Below are positions 13,426 through 26,928 of a stretch of DNA of 64,000 nt, piece after piece. The position numbers and the translations under genes were made by a program. This DNA is from Mobula hypostoma (taxonomy: Eukaryota): contig NC_086108.1 in the NCBI RefSeq assembly GCF_963921235.1, forward strand, positions 39,186,001 through 39,250,000, in the 5' to 3' direction. A model generated the notes under the pieces. That model saw only the letters and a list, made by a program, of their open reading frames with translations, had not been told where the DNA came from and made no database searches. Position 1 is the stretch's first letter. Each line of letters starts with the position of its first letter.

Positions 13426-16400
13426 AGCAACATGATTGCATCCTCAATTACCCTGAACCCACCAGATCAAAAAAAAGATACAACTCTTGAAAGAGTGCAT
13501 AAAAGTTCGACAAGATTATAAACAAACAGTGATTTCAAACCTTCAGAAGTATAAATCTCCTTATGTTTCAAACAATTCATTTGTTCTAATCCTCAATTCT
13601 ATTCATGAGGTAGAAGTTGAGGAAATGTTTACTTTCTTCTGATTATCATTGATCTTTAACATGAATTGTTTATAGAAGTTGAGGGTCCTCCTGATATTTT
13701 GCCCCAGCAGTTTGGACTTCTTCAACCAAGCACTTAGATGATCTACAGGTAATGGGCTACCAAACTTGACTCAAGGAAATGTCTGTATTCTTAATTCTAT
13801 CTACACATCTCTGAAAAACCAACGAACACAAGAGGATGCTAAGAAGAATACCTTCCCTAAAAAAATCAAGAACCTCCTTTGTTGAAATGTTCAGAATATT
13901 TAACCTTATTATTATGCTACATGGATAATCTTAAAGATAACTTCCAATTCAATCTGGTGAACTCCTCCACCTAACTAAAGTTTCTCAAAGGATAAAAGTT
14001 TCCCCTCAGGTTGTACACTTCAGATTACATGCAATCACAAGATAAGCACTGTGTAATGTTCCCTATCTTTATTTTTTTCAACACTTCAAATAAATCAAAT
14101 CTTCAGCAGTACAGTTTTGTAAAAGGTTAAGGTATAGCTGCTGCACATGAAACCACTTTAGCATTTTATAAACAGTATACAAGAAAACTTTCTATACTCA
14201 CTAGCTTATTAATGACGGTATACCATCATTTCTAAACTCAAGCCAGACTAAATCAGGCAATCATTAATGTATTTTACAAAGATAACTAGCTTAGCTCTCT
14301 AAAAATCGTGCCAGACTTTCCCCACTTTCCATCATTTCTTTTTCTTGCCTTGAAAGACAGAGTAGAACTTGGTCCTTCTTCATAAATTGTGTCTTTTTGT
14401 GAAAAGGTAACTAGCAACAAAGAGCTTTTCCAAAGAATATTTCTCCCTGACAGAGAAGCTCTTCAGTCAGGTCATTTTACCCCATAGGGCTGTGTCACTA
14501 GATCAATTGCAGGGGTCTGCAAGACCAGCTATGTCCATCTGGCCAGTCCCCAGTGGGCATAATTGGAAGCTTTCCAGAGCAGGATAATTGCCAACAAAGG
14601 GACTGCAGCTAGACATGTGCCTGAGGGATATTCGAAATCCCTCCACTCCCCCCCCCACCAACCCCACCAAACCAGGCGATCCATGCAAAAGGCCAGAAAT
14701 GTACATTTCTCAGCCTGTTATGTGAATCCCTGAGGTTGCTTAGCTCAGTCACTGCAATCATCAGTTGCAATGGAATCTGTCTGGGATTTATAAGATATCC
14801 TTGTAACCAATACAACCATGCAGAAGAACTATCTGAAATCACACACTTTACAGCAAGAATCTAGCAGGTGAACATGTAAATCTTGATCCCCAAAATGAAA
14901 CATCCAAAGAAGGAATGGTTTTGAAGGGAATATTAGTTATTTATTAACTTTTTTGGCTTTAGTACTGATTGTCCATTTGCCTCTGCCACTCAGAAGGTGC
15001 TGATAAGTACTTCTTGAAATGCTTAAATCCTGTTACAATGAAGAAACGTTGACAGATCGCCAACTCAGGAGACTGTGCAGCTCTGAGGAGAACCTACAGA
15101 AAAAAGTATTCCTGTAAGCCTAGGGCTCTTGTTCTCATGAGTTGAGAAGATGTTGTCGACTAACTTTTGCTGATGGGACATTTGTAATTACTGTTTTCTG
15201 GCAGTAGAAGGAATGAATATTTCAGGTGGATGATGAAGTGCACTTAATCCTCGGTATATTTTTGAGTTTTTTGAATATTGTAGGAGCTACTCAAACCAGC
15301 AAATGGAGGGTATTCCATCATATGACTGACATGCCATCTGGTAGCTAGGCTTTTGGGGTGTCAGGTATTGATACCCAAGCTCTGGCCTGCTTTTACAGGC
15401 ACGGTATTTATCTCTGATGGTGGGGGGAGGGGGGGCGGTGGCGGGGGGAGGGGGAGTCTTAGAAGCAGAGATCGATTACACTCGCAGGTTGGGCCCCACT
15501 ATCATTGAAGAGAAAGGGATTGCCTCAACAAATCTTTTTCCTCAGTGCTTGAGAATTTTCATGTTTGAAACAATGTCCCACTCCAGTTTTCTTTTGACAC
15601 TGAAAATGTCTTGAAAATTCAAAACAACCTAGTTAGAGACACTTTAATGCTTCCAGACACTTTAATGGTGCATAAAGCTACTTCAAATATTATGCCAAAT
15701 GCAGAAGCCACAGCCTTTGCAAAGCGCAACTAAACATTTTTTAATATTGTGAATTCCTTGGGGGATACTATTAATTCCTAACTGACTCCACAAGAAGTAA
15801 CAGTTTTATTAGCATGTACACCAACCTTACATATGATTATAGCAATTTTCATCTCTTCAGTGTCTAAAAGTGCATACTGTGAAGTAAAGTCCTTTGAGAA
15901 TCCCACAGCTTCTAAGCAATTTACAAGCACGCAACAGCACTGGTTAGATGCCGCAGGTGGTTTGGCTGGCAAGAGCTCCATTCATCTCATGCTGATATTT
16001 TTCTTTAAACAACAGAAAAATCTTGAATTAATGCTTCAAGCTAAAATCACACATATCTGAGAAAATGCCCGAAGCACTGAAATCACACCCAATTGCGTAC
16101 AAATCTTGCGTACAAATTCTGGGCAATCTTGCGTACAAATTCTCCAGAAAACTCCTCTCCCTCTATCGACTCCATCATAAGAAGAAAACCTCCACAAAGT
16201 GAACGTTGCAATGATGAAATGCTCCATGGTGTATAATGATTTTCTCAAAGAGCAATGTTGGACCACCTGCTTTGAGATGGGGCAAACATATTCTGGAAAT
16301 CCTACTTGATTACCAATGGGGAACTGGAAGTACTTTTTTAAAACTCTCTGAAACAATTACATCATTGTGGCAGAGGCTAAATTATACTACATAGGAGTTC

Positions 16401-16851
16401 AAAGGAGGACAGGACTTGATAAGCCTTCAAAATGTCTAGCTAAAGAAAATAGGTGATGTCCAACTGAGCAAAAAGACCAGAGAAGTCACAAGTCTGATTG
16501 CACTGTGCTGGCTCAGCTACCCCAGTAGAACATAATAATTGAGACTGGCCATCCTGAGAGTGGGTCTATGCAGTGTGTGGTGGGAGGAAGGGGAATGGTT
16601 CGAACCACTGAGCTGCTCAATGAGATTAAAGCCTTTTGTACTGGTAGCAATCTAACTGTGATATTGAGAATTGGCCTGAAGCCATCAAACAGCAAAAGGG
16701 TATAAATGGATTGTGGTCCGCTTACAGACCAGTCACCTCTGATGTCCTGAGGCTCCCAGTTCTAATCATTATTTTTTATTAATTACTCAAGAGTAGGTGC
16801 TGAAAAACCTACCAGTATGGAGATGATATCTAACTTTAGGCAAGAATGCAT

Positions 16852-16946
16852 CTGATGAAGGGTCTCAGCCCAAAATATCGACTGTTAACTCTTTTCCATA
16901 GATGCTGCCTGGCCTGCTGAGTTCCTCCAGCATTTTGTGTGTGTTG
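16852..16946 (+). mobile_element. PLE-derived short repeat starting at a decayed hammerhead core
   Basis: ctgatgaagggtctcagcccaaaatatcgactg followed by gatgctgcctggcctgctgagttcctccagca. The element continues at 17471-17527. Confidence 0.8.
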
Positions 16947-19900
16947 TTCTCAGTACAATAATTCAAGTTACCTGTGGGTTAGTTTGGTAAATGTAATTGT
17001 TGACCTCATTTTTCAGAAGATGCAAATCTGTGAAGTGGTTTCATTGCTCACGTATAGTATTCTGCACGTGGGCAGTGAAAACATTTCACAGATTTATGTC
17101 TTCTCCAAAATGTGCCAATGCCACTGGGAAGACAAAGTTATGGACATTTGGAAGCATGGATCTACAAATATTTCCATTCAAATCTGTAGTGCAATAGCAA
17201 GAGTGAATCGGGGTGCTGAGTGCATTGCAATTGTGAGGGGCATAGATAGGGCAGATATTGAGAAACTTTATCCCTCCGGCCTAGAACCGGAGGTAGGAGA
17301 TTTAGATGGGAGTTTGGGATTTGAGTTAGAATTAGATAAGCACGACACATTATTACATAATGTACTGGAAAAAAGGATCAGTACAGGTTCAACAACGGTG
17401 CAATCACAGTGGGTCAAGTGCTCTGTTTCATATTGTGTGACTCTATGATTCAAAATGAATTCAGGACAAAAGTTCCTCCAGCATTTTGTGTGTGTTGCCT
17501 GGATTTCTGGCATCTCTTGTTTGTGATCAGATGTTGGGAAGTGGTTCTTTTCCCCAGTTACAAGTTTTGATCATCTAAAGGGGGTCAAGGGGGAATTTAC
17601 GCCCATTAATCTATTTTTGGTTTGTTTTACTACCTTTGACTGGACTATACTTAGCATCAGGATAGATAATTAACATTTAAATTGCGATTAAAAAAAAACT
17701 CATTGCATGTGTGTAGGAAATGTCTAACAGGCTACTTGATTTGATCCTTTGTGGAAATCCTCAAATCTATACTCTAGTAAGATGCCAAAAGGGAGCTGGT
17801 GTCCACTGAACTTTGACCTAACCAGCTCCAAATGATGGAGAGGAAAAAGAAATGACTTCAAAAATAATAATCATATCATCTCCTTAGATATAAAGAAGTT
17901 TAATTTTGAAAAATAGTTCTTTGGCAAAAATAACTTGCAGCGAGATCTAATCCTTTATCTTCTTTTAGACTAAAGCAGCATTAGCATGATGGCCAGTGAT
18001 ACTGAGATCATTCCTAAAGACAGGTCTCATCAGACCACCTTATCAGTTTCAACCATAATTTTTGGCGTTCATTTTTGCTCCCATATATACAATTCACAAT
18101 TATATATGCCTATTCCACATTAAAATGTATCTGATGGCCAACAGTGGCTGCTGGATGGGTTTTGTTCACCAAAACTAGAGTATATCAAAACATCTGCATT
18201 AACTGACAAGGTTGAAAAAGAATCACCCAAGTCTATTTATGCAAACTACAGTATGTTGCTGATTTTACCGTCCTTGCTGGAGGTAAATTTAAAGATAGTT
18301 TAATAAAAAATTGTTGATTAACATTTAGTAAAACACACAGACACAAAAGCCGGAATGGAGAAATTCTTCAAGCATACACAATTATTTACTGATGCCTTGA
18401 TTAGATTTAATACTTAAGGTGTCAGAAATGTAAGAGATCTGAATCAGTGCAACAAAAAAATCAAATATGTACCTACTATAGTAGCTGCATAAAAAAAGAC
18501 TAAAGGGAATAAATTCACTTCCATCTGTCTACTCTATCGTCCCTTTAAGCCTTTTTTATACTGATGAGCTAAATATATGCTTTTGCTCCCAATGACAGCA
18601 GCTGTGAATGACCAAGACTTCACAGTATTATACCAGTCATTTTCACATCATATTCCAGTATTGCTGCCAGCTCCCAGTCTGTTTCCTTTGAATCCCATTC
18701 TACTGCAGCAGTATTCTTATTCAATCAATTCATATTTCCATAATCCACAATTCTGCTGCTCCTTCACCTCCCTGGGGTGGACTAACCCTTTTGCCCCAAA
18801 CTATGGCCTACAACTGTCATTAAGCCCTGCAACAATAACGAGACAAACAAAAGAGCCAGCGGTACTGAGGGTTTCTGCTGCCATATGCTGGCTAACTTCG
18901 AATTCTTTGACTATTGCAGTAACCCAACAAAAACATTAAAAAAACCATAATCCTAATCATGAGCAAACTGAATAGGTCTTTTATGCTGTTGAACTAGAGG
19001 CCAAGCCATCTGTACACAAATCCTCATAAAGTGTAATCTCATCCAAGGAATGCTTTCATTCATTTATTTATTTAGCTGTTTTTCCACCTACTTCCAGTTA
19101 ACCCTTCCCTCTACCTTGATAAAACGAGTCACAGAATTGGACCAGAGATGCCTCAAATGACACTCGAGGCCTCGCACATAAAGAAAACACTCTTCACAGT
19201 TACTAAAACACAAAAGGAACATCAAGTTCTATTTTATTCCTAATCCTCAGTAAATAATAATAGTATCCCGAACAAGATTCAAACCTACAACAGGCCAACC
19301 ATACAACCGAATATTCAGTAGCCTTTTCTTAAGTGGTTACATGAAAGTAGCATTAATGACAAAACTTTTTACGAATTATTTGTTCAGATAGATGACGAAG
19401 TGAAGAGTAAAAGACATTATGATTTATAGATTGCAAATAAACCATTCAACTTTGCTCAGCGTACTGGACAGAAAACCCTTCATGTTCTGATGAATTGAAT
19501 AATCAGGAGCCCATTTGAGCTCAGTACGGAAATGGGATGTTTAAGCTCAAAAGATAAAACAAAATCCTATTTTAATGGCATCCTTGGACAAGAGAACTGT
19601 ACCCAAAATAAGGAGACTAATAAGCTGAGTCTTCGTGCAAAATAAGAGTATAATAAACTAGGACAAGAACACCCTTAAGTTACAAGCAACTGCAGATATA
19701 GGAAATTATAAACAAAAGAAAATGCTAGAAGAACTCATCTGGTCGAGCAACATTTGTGTTGGTAAAATGTTGGTCTCTTTGCTGTCACCGATGCTGACTG
19801 ATCTGCTGATTTCATCCAACATTCTTTTGTACAAGAGTATGCTTGATTTTTGCAGATACTGACAGAGGTTAGTTCATACAAGCACGAGGCTAAAACTGAT

Positions 19901-20380
19901 TCAGAGCTTAGAACAGAACATCCAGATTGCAAAGGGAAGAAATAATCAGATTATCTTTCAATTCCAAGACACAGCCAAACCTTTAGGATGCCCTGCCTTA
20001 CCATTTAGAAATATATACAATGTTTTTGCAATTACAAAATGCCACACCGCAGAACCAACTCAGACTACGAATTCTCTGCGAAGTAGCTAGGAAGCTTCAG
20101 AATGCATTCCAATCAATGCAAAGTTCAATATCTGAAATCATAAAGAAAACTAACAAGCATATATTGTAAAAAAGTGTAATTTCAGAGTAGATGGCCCAGC
20201 GAGCTTTTCCAGCCCACTACACCATGCTAAAGCTCAGCTTGCCTCTAATTTCTTTGACCAACACACAAAGCTCTGGAAGAACTCAGCAAGGTCAGGCAGC
20301 ATCTATGATGGGAAATGAACAGTCGAAGTTACGGGTCAAGATGCCTCATCTGGATCCTGGGAGAAAGACTACCAATCCTA

Positions 20381-20880
20381 TACTCAGCAGCAACTTTATT
20401 AGGTACAGAAATAGAACCTGGTGGTTTTCTGCTGCTGTAGCCCATCCACTTCAAGGTTCAATGTGTTGTACATTCAGAGATACTCTTCTGCACACCACTC
20501 TTGTAATGCATGTTTATTTGAGTTACTGTTGGCTTTCTGACAGCTTGAACCAGTCTGGCTATTCTCCACTGACCTCTCACATTAACACGGCAATTTCACC
20601 ACAGAACATGGCTACGCACCATTCTCTGTAAACACTAGAGACCTGTGTGTGAAAATCCCAGGAGATCAGCAGTTTCTGAGATGCCCAAAACACCCCATGT
20701 GGATCTGGCACCAATAATCATTCCACTTAGATCACATTTCTTCCCCATTCTGAATGTTTGATCTAAACAACAACTGAACCGCTTGACCATGTCTGCATGT
20801 TTTGAGTTGTTGCCACATGATTGGCGAATTCGATATTTGCATTAATGATCAGGTGTACATAATAAAGTGGCCACTGAGTA
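20381..20880 (-). mobile_element. Non-autonomous Tc1 deletion derivative (~500 bp)
   Basis: TA flanks. TIRs tactcagcagcaactttatt / aataaagtggccactgagta. Homologous to 34385-34851, which encodes a Tc1 HTH remnant. Confidence 0.85.
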
Positions 20881-21045
20881 TATCTATTCTTTTTTTACTT
20901 TTATATACTGCACACCATTCCACATCAGCCTATTCGAGAGAAGATGAAGGGTCTCAACCTGAATTGCTTCCTGAATTGCTGAGCTGCTTCAGCACTTCGT
21001 GTGTTGCTCCAGATTCCAGTACCTGCAACCTCGTGACTCTATAAT

Positions 21046-23735
21046 TTCAAAGTTCAAAGTAAATTTATTATCAAATACATATATGTCACCATATACAACC
21101 CAGAGATTCATTTTCTTGGGGCATCCTCAATAAATCCATAATAAAATAATAAGCATAACAGAATCAGTGAAAGACTACATCAACTAAGGTGTTTAACCTT
21201 TGATGATGGATGTTGCTTTCCAGCAACAGCGCTCCATGTAGGTGTGCTCAATGGTGGGGAGGGTTTTACTCGTGATGGACTGGGTTTTACCTATTACTTT
21301 CTGGATGACTTTCTGCTCAAGGGCATTGGTGTTTCCATACTAGGCAGTAATGCAGCCAATCAATATTCACTGTACCACACATCTAAAAAAGTTTGTCAGA
21401 CTTTTAGATGTCATGCCAAATCTTCACAAACTCCTAAGGAAGCAGAGGTGCTGCCGTGCTTTCTTCGAAATTGCACTTATGTGCTGGGCCCAGGACAGGT
21501 CCTCCGTAATAACACTGAGGAATTTAAAGTTGCTGACCTTCCCTGCCTCTGATCCTCCAGTGAGGACTGACTCATAGACTTCTCATATCCACCTCCTGAA
21601 GTCAATAATCAGCTCCTTAGCCTTGCTGAGTAAGAGGTTGTTGTCGTGGCACCACTCAGATAGATTTTCAATCTCCCTCCTATAAGCTGATTCGTCACCA
21701 CCTTTGATTCGGCCTATGACAGTGCAGTCATCAGTAAGCCTGAGTACGGTGTTGGAGCAGTGCTTAGCTACACTTACATAAGTGTAAAGCAAGTAGAGCA
21801 GGCGCATAAGCACATGGCCTTGTGGTGCACCTGTACTGATGGAGATTGTGAGATGTTCTTGTCAATCTAAACTTATTTGGGTCTGGAAAGGAAGAAACTG
21901 AGTATCCAATTGCATAGGGAGATATTGAGGCCAAGGTCTTGGAGCTTATTGATTAGTTTTAACAGGATGATGGCATTGAATGCCAAGATGTAATTGACAA
22001 AGAGCATCCTGATGTATGTATTTTTGCTGTCCAGATGTTCCAGGGTTGAGTGAAGAGCCAAAGAGATGACATCTGCTGTGGATCTGTTGCACCAGTAGGC
22101 AAATTGGAGAGAATCCAAGTCACTTCTCAGCCAGTAGTTGATATGCTTCATCAATAACATCTCAAACCACTTCATCACTTTGGACATAAGTGCTACTGGA
22201 CAATTATCACTGAGGCAGGTTACCACATTCTTCTTAGGCGCTGGCACAAGTGAAGCCTGCTTGAATTAGGTGGGTACCTCAGTGTGCCGAAGCGAGTGAT
22301 TAAAGATCTTAATGAATACTCCACCCAGTTGAACAGCACAAGTCTTTAGTAGTTGGCCAGGTACCCAGTCTGGGTTGGATGCTTTTCGTGGCCAGGATGC
22401 TTCCTGAAGGCTGTTTGCACGTTGATCGCAGAGACTGAAATTATAGAGCATCAGCGGCTCTGGGAGTTCACGGTTGTTCCTCCACGTTTTGACAGTCAAA
22501 GTGAGCACAGAAGGCATTAAGCTCATCTGGAAGCAAAGCCCTGTGGTTGCCTACGTCGCTTGATTTTACTTTATAAGAGGTGACAGCATTCAAGCCCTGC
22601 CACAACTATCAAAGATCCTTCATTGATTCAAGTTTAGTCCGGAATTGCCACTTCATCTGTGAGATGGCTTTCTGGAGATCGTACCTGGCATTCTTGTAAC
22701 TTTCTTGGTCACTAGACTTGAATGTCTCTGATCTGGCTCCCAGCAAATTGCGGAACTCATGGTTCACCCACGGCTTCTCGTTGAGGAAGACTTGAATTAT
22801 TTTGTGGAGACACATTCACCTACAACTGTTTTTATAAAATCTGTGACAACCACGGTGTACTCACTCAGATCCACAGATAAGTCATTGAACACGACCCAGT
22901 CCACCGACTCGAAGCAATCCTGTAACCGCTCCTCTGCCTTCCGCGACCACCTGTTTGTTGTCCTAATCTCTGTAGCTCTGCTCTTCAGCCGCTACCTTTA
23001 AGCAGGTAGAAGGACAGCCAAGTCATCAGACTTTCCAAAATATGTTCTGGGCATGGAATTGTAGGCATTCCTCATTTCAGTATAATAATGGTCTAGCATG
23101 CTGGGAACTCTGGTGATACAGGTTATATGCTGATGGTAATTGGGCAGGGATTTCTTCAAATAAGCCTGGTTGATTAGAAATGCATCAGGATGGATTATTT
23201 CTTGTTTGGAGACAGCATCTTGCAGTATTTCAAGCGTTTGGTAGTAGTCAGCCACTGGTAGTATGTAAACTCTGGTGAATATCACAGATGAGAACTTCCT
23301 AGATTAATAGAATGGATGGATTTGAGAACCACCACAATGGAGCACTACCGGAAGTTTATCATGAAACACACACCTCCACCTTTTGCCTTTTCCGAATCAG
23401 CAGTTCAGTCCACCCTGTGAATCGAGAAGCCTTCAGGTCTGATTGCCATATCTGGTGTCCTGGGTGTGAGCCACAGCTCGGTCAAACATGGAACACAACA
23501 ATCTCTCATGACCCTACGATACAGCAATCTTGCCCTCAGCTCCTCAATTTTGTTCTCCAGCAACTACACATTTGCTAGCAAGACGGTGAGTAAAGGGTGT
23601 CTCATTCTTCTGGTTTGGCGTTTCCCCCACTTCTGCCTCACTTCTACCAAGGCAATGAACCTTCATCCACTTAAAGGTGCTGTACCTGCTAGCTTGAGAG
23701 TTAAGTACACTGAGTCCTTCAGAAGATCGTGAAAT
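21046..23735 (-). mobile_element. Decayed Rex1/Babar-like LINE (family B) with APE endonuclease and RT remnants
   Basis: ORF 22998-23285 (LDHYYT...FGKSDDLAVLLPA, APE end), ORF 21873-22247 (PVALMS...LQFAY..NRSTAD..YIRMLF), ORF 21583-21813 (TDDCTVIGRI). (TTTGAAC)n tail at 21046. Confidence 0.9.
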
Positions 23736-26521
23736 CTATAGTGCAATTTCCTGTTTTGTGCCCATTGCCCTTCTTAAACAGATATTAGCAGTCCTCTGAG
23801 ACCTCTCCAATGGCTAAAGAGGATACAAACACCATGGTCATTATTTAGGTTTGCCTTGAGTCATGCTGTTTTTCATTCAATTCAGGATGCCTTGCACAAT
23901 ATCACCACAAGTTCACTGTTCTTGATCAAGTGTGTAAAGTCTCTCTACTTCTTTTTTGCAAGTGACACCCTATTGTGTAATAAGTCCTCAGACTCAGGTC
24001 ATGGCCAGGTCAGGTGTTCATTTTATATTTTGGGAGACCTCTAATTGGCTACATCATTATCCAGTTCAGTGTAATTTCCATCTAATGGCTCAACTTCCAC
24101 CTCTCCACATACACCAAATATTGTTTCCTGTCCTAGAGTATCAGCTCATTAAGATTACTTAGTTGACTCCAGCTCAGCTGCAGACTGCTGCTGGTAATGT
24201 TATCAGTTCACTCATTTTCATAGAGCTCTCTCTTGCCAGCATTTGCTTTAATCTCCATAAAACAGTGACTTGCATTTTTCCATCAGATGTCCAGGGCTCA
24301 AATGCCTTCAAATGATCAGCAGTAAAACCAGTATCAATACTTTCACCTACTGACATTAACTTCACATTCATGCAGTACAGACCCGACTAGACCCTTCAGC
24401 AAACAACAAGTCACCCTGAAACCACTTGAGTCTCCACAATACTGTTGCCTGCCCAATTGCTGAATTACATACATTCTTGCTAACTCTGGAAAATTTTTAG
24501 AGGTGGACAAATTTGTAAAAAAAACCAAATAGTTGAGCACCAGTTCTACTTCCACTCTTCCTCCTTGTCTTCTTCTTCACTCGCTGCCATAAACATTTTT
24601 CTTTGCAATATACGTAGGATGGTTTCAAATGCATTGTCAGATATTAACTTGGCATTGATTGGAACACATTCTGAAGCTTCCCAAGTATGTAGCAGAGTTC
24701 AAAGTCTGTGTTGCTGCTGTGGTGTAGCAGTTTGTAACTGAGAAAAAGTTTTGTTCAATTCTAAGTCGTAAGGCGAGGCATCCAAAAGTTTTGGCTGTCT
24801 CTTGGAATCAAAATTTAATGTATCAGTTGCTTCCTTTTGCAGTCTGGATTTTGTTCAAAATATTGGCAATATCCTTCTTCCATGTTTCAATTCCCATTCT
24901 TCACAAACGTTGTGCCCAAAACGTAGCATTGTTATTCTTACACTTTGAGTCACTTATCATGAATACTATTTTCAGTTAAGAGCCACAGCTTCTTGTTCTC
25001 AAAGGCATCTTCATCAAAATATTCCTCTGAATATTCACTGTTCACTTCACCCCATCTGTCTAAGTTCTTTTGGCCTTATTTTCTATGGGCAGAGCTCAGT
25101 TCATCTAATTTTGGAAATTTTGCACAATAACATCTTTTTGCAAAGGTTTTGGTCATTCCCCTCAACCTATGACTCTGTTGCTTAACAGTCACATTTGCTT
25201 GTGGTGTTCACTGTCCAAAAGCACCCTTGGAAATACAAGTTTGATTTCTTGCACAAGCTTAGGCTTAACATATCAAAATCTTTCAGAAAAAAGCTGATCA
25301 AGGAATGGCATTTCATTTATATCATGCAATTACACTAAGTGAGTTGAATTTGGCAAAAAAGCTCTCTCCGAAATGCATCTTTCACCTTGATTTGCATTCT
25401 TCATAAATAATAGATCTAATTTCAACCATGGTTCCAAAACAAACAGCATTTCTGCAGAGCTCAGTCAGAAGAGATGAAACACAAGTGCACTTTACCAGGC
25501 TATGGATAGCAACGGGAATGTTGACATGTGGGGAACAAAAAAGATAAGGTAACTTTTAAATAGAGGAACTCGTCAAATAGAGACGGTGGCAAAAAAAAAT
25601 CTGGAACTGAAATATAACAGTGGTTGAGAGCGAAAGAATAAGAACGGGAAGTTTTGGACAAAATAATATGTTTCCTTATTACATGAATGATTACATTTTT
25701 GAATGACTGAATTGGCCGCAAAATGCTATGAGATGTCCTGAAGTAGGGAAATGCATTTTATAAGCATCTTTCAAATATAATTCTCAGGAATAAAGCAAGC
25801 CAGTGGAGCTTAGGGATACATGCAGCTCAAATTGTAATTTACAACGCTTCAGTCTACATTTCAGCTTTACCAACCATTGAAGAAACTTCATCATAGTTAC
25901 ACTATGAGGAAACCATCTTGCTTGTGCATAGTTAAGGTTGAAGAGTTACAAGTACAATTTACATTGTTATGGAGAGCTTGGACCCTAACAGAACATTGTT
26001 TCCTGTTAGAGTGGGAAAGAGCAGGAGCAGATGCAGGAGAATTTTAGCAGTTTTTAAAAATTTAACAGATTAATCACGCAGGTGAACATTTCAAAATTAA
26101 TTTTGTTTTCAAGATTACTCTCAGTATTGTAAGGCAAAATGGTAACTAAAGTAGTTCAGTGTTTACTTGAAAGATGATCTGGGTGTTTATACTGAGGTAA
26201 ACATGCAGATTTGCTTATATTTGTTGATAGCCTGATGAGTGCATCTTCAACTCCTGTTCACTTTTTTGTGGCATTTTTAACAATGGCATCAATTGTTAAA
26301 GCCTCTAGGATCCCCAGAAAAGCTGTGCACCCAGCACCAACATCGGAACAAAAGTTCAAATTATACCACTGCATTTGGGAAATTCCAAGTCATTAAATAA
26401 AGTAGTTCAAATAGAGAAAAATAATCAATGATGATCATGAAGTTTATAGAATACAGGCAAAATCCATCTGATTCACTAATTGCTTTGAGGAAGGAAATCT
26501 GGGAGATATGGAACTCTAGAA

Positions 26522-26601
26522 AAGGGGTTCCCAACCTGGGGTCCACGAACCCCTTGCTTTATGGTATTGGTTCGTGACATTAAAAAGGTCGGGAACCCCT
26601 G
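26522..26601. mobile_element. 80-bp hAT (Charlie-type) MITE
   Basis: TIRs aggggttcccaacc / ggtcgggaacccctg. 8-bp TSD ctctagaa (26514-26521) / ttctagaa (26602-26609), fitting the Charlie-type TCTAGA target. Confidence 0.85.
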
Positions 26602-26838
26602 TTCTAGAACCATAATGCTGTGGTTCATTCCCTGCACCAAGCCATTATAAAATTGAATAGAATGAATCTGAACCAAACCCAAATACAATAAACTCAACCC
26701 TGCCCACAGAATGTAACACTATCCTTCTGGTGATTATCACTAAGTTTTCAGAGTTTCTCAAAAGAGTAGTTAGGAGCAAAATTGTCATCTTCCTGAGGAT
26801 AAGTGAATTGTAATGTAAATGTAAAGTGAATTGTAAAT

Positions 26839-26928
26839 GTCCTGAAGAAGAGTTTCAGCCCAAAACATCAACTGTTTATTCATTTCCATAGATGTTGCCT
26901 GACTTGCCAAGTTCCTCCAGCATTTTGT
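26839..26928 (+). mobile_element. PLE-derived short repeat with decayed hammerhead core
   Basis: gtcctgaagaagagtttcagcccaaaacatcaactg...gatgttgcctgacttgccaagttcctccagc. Confidence 0.75.
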
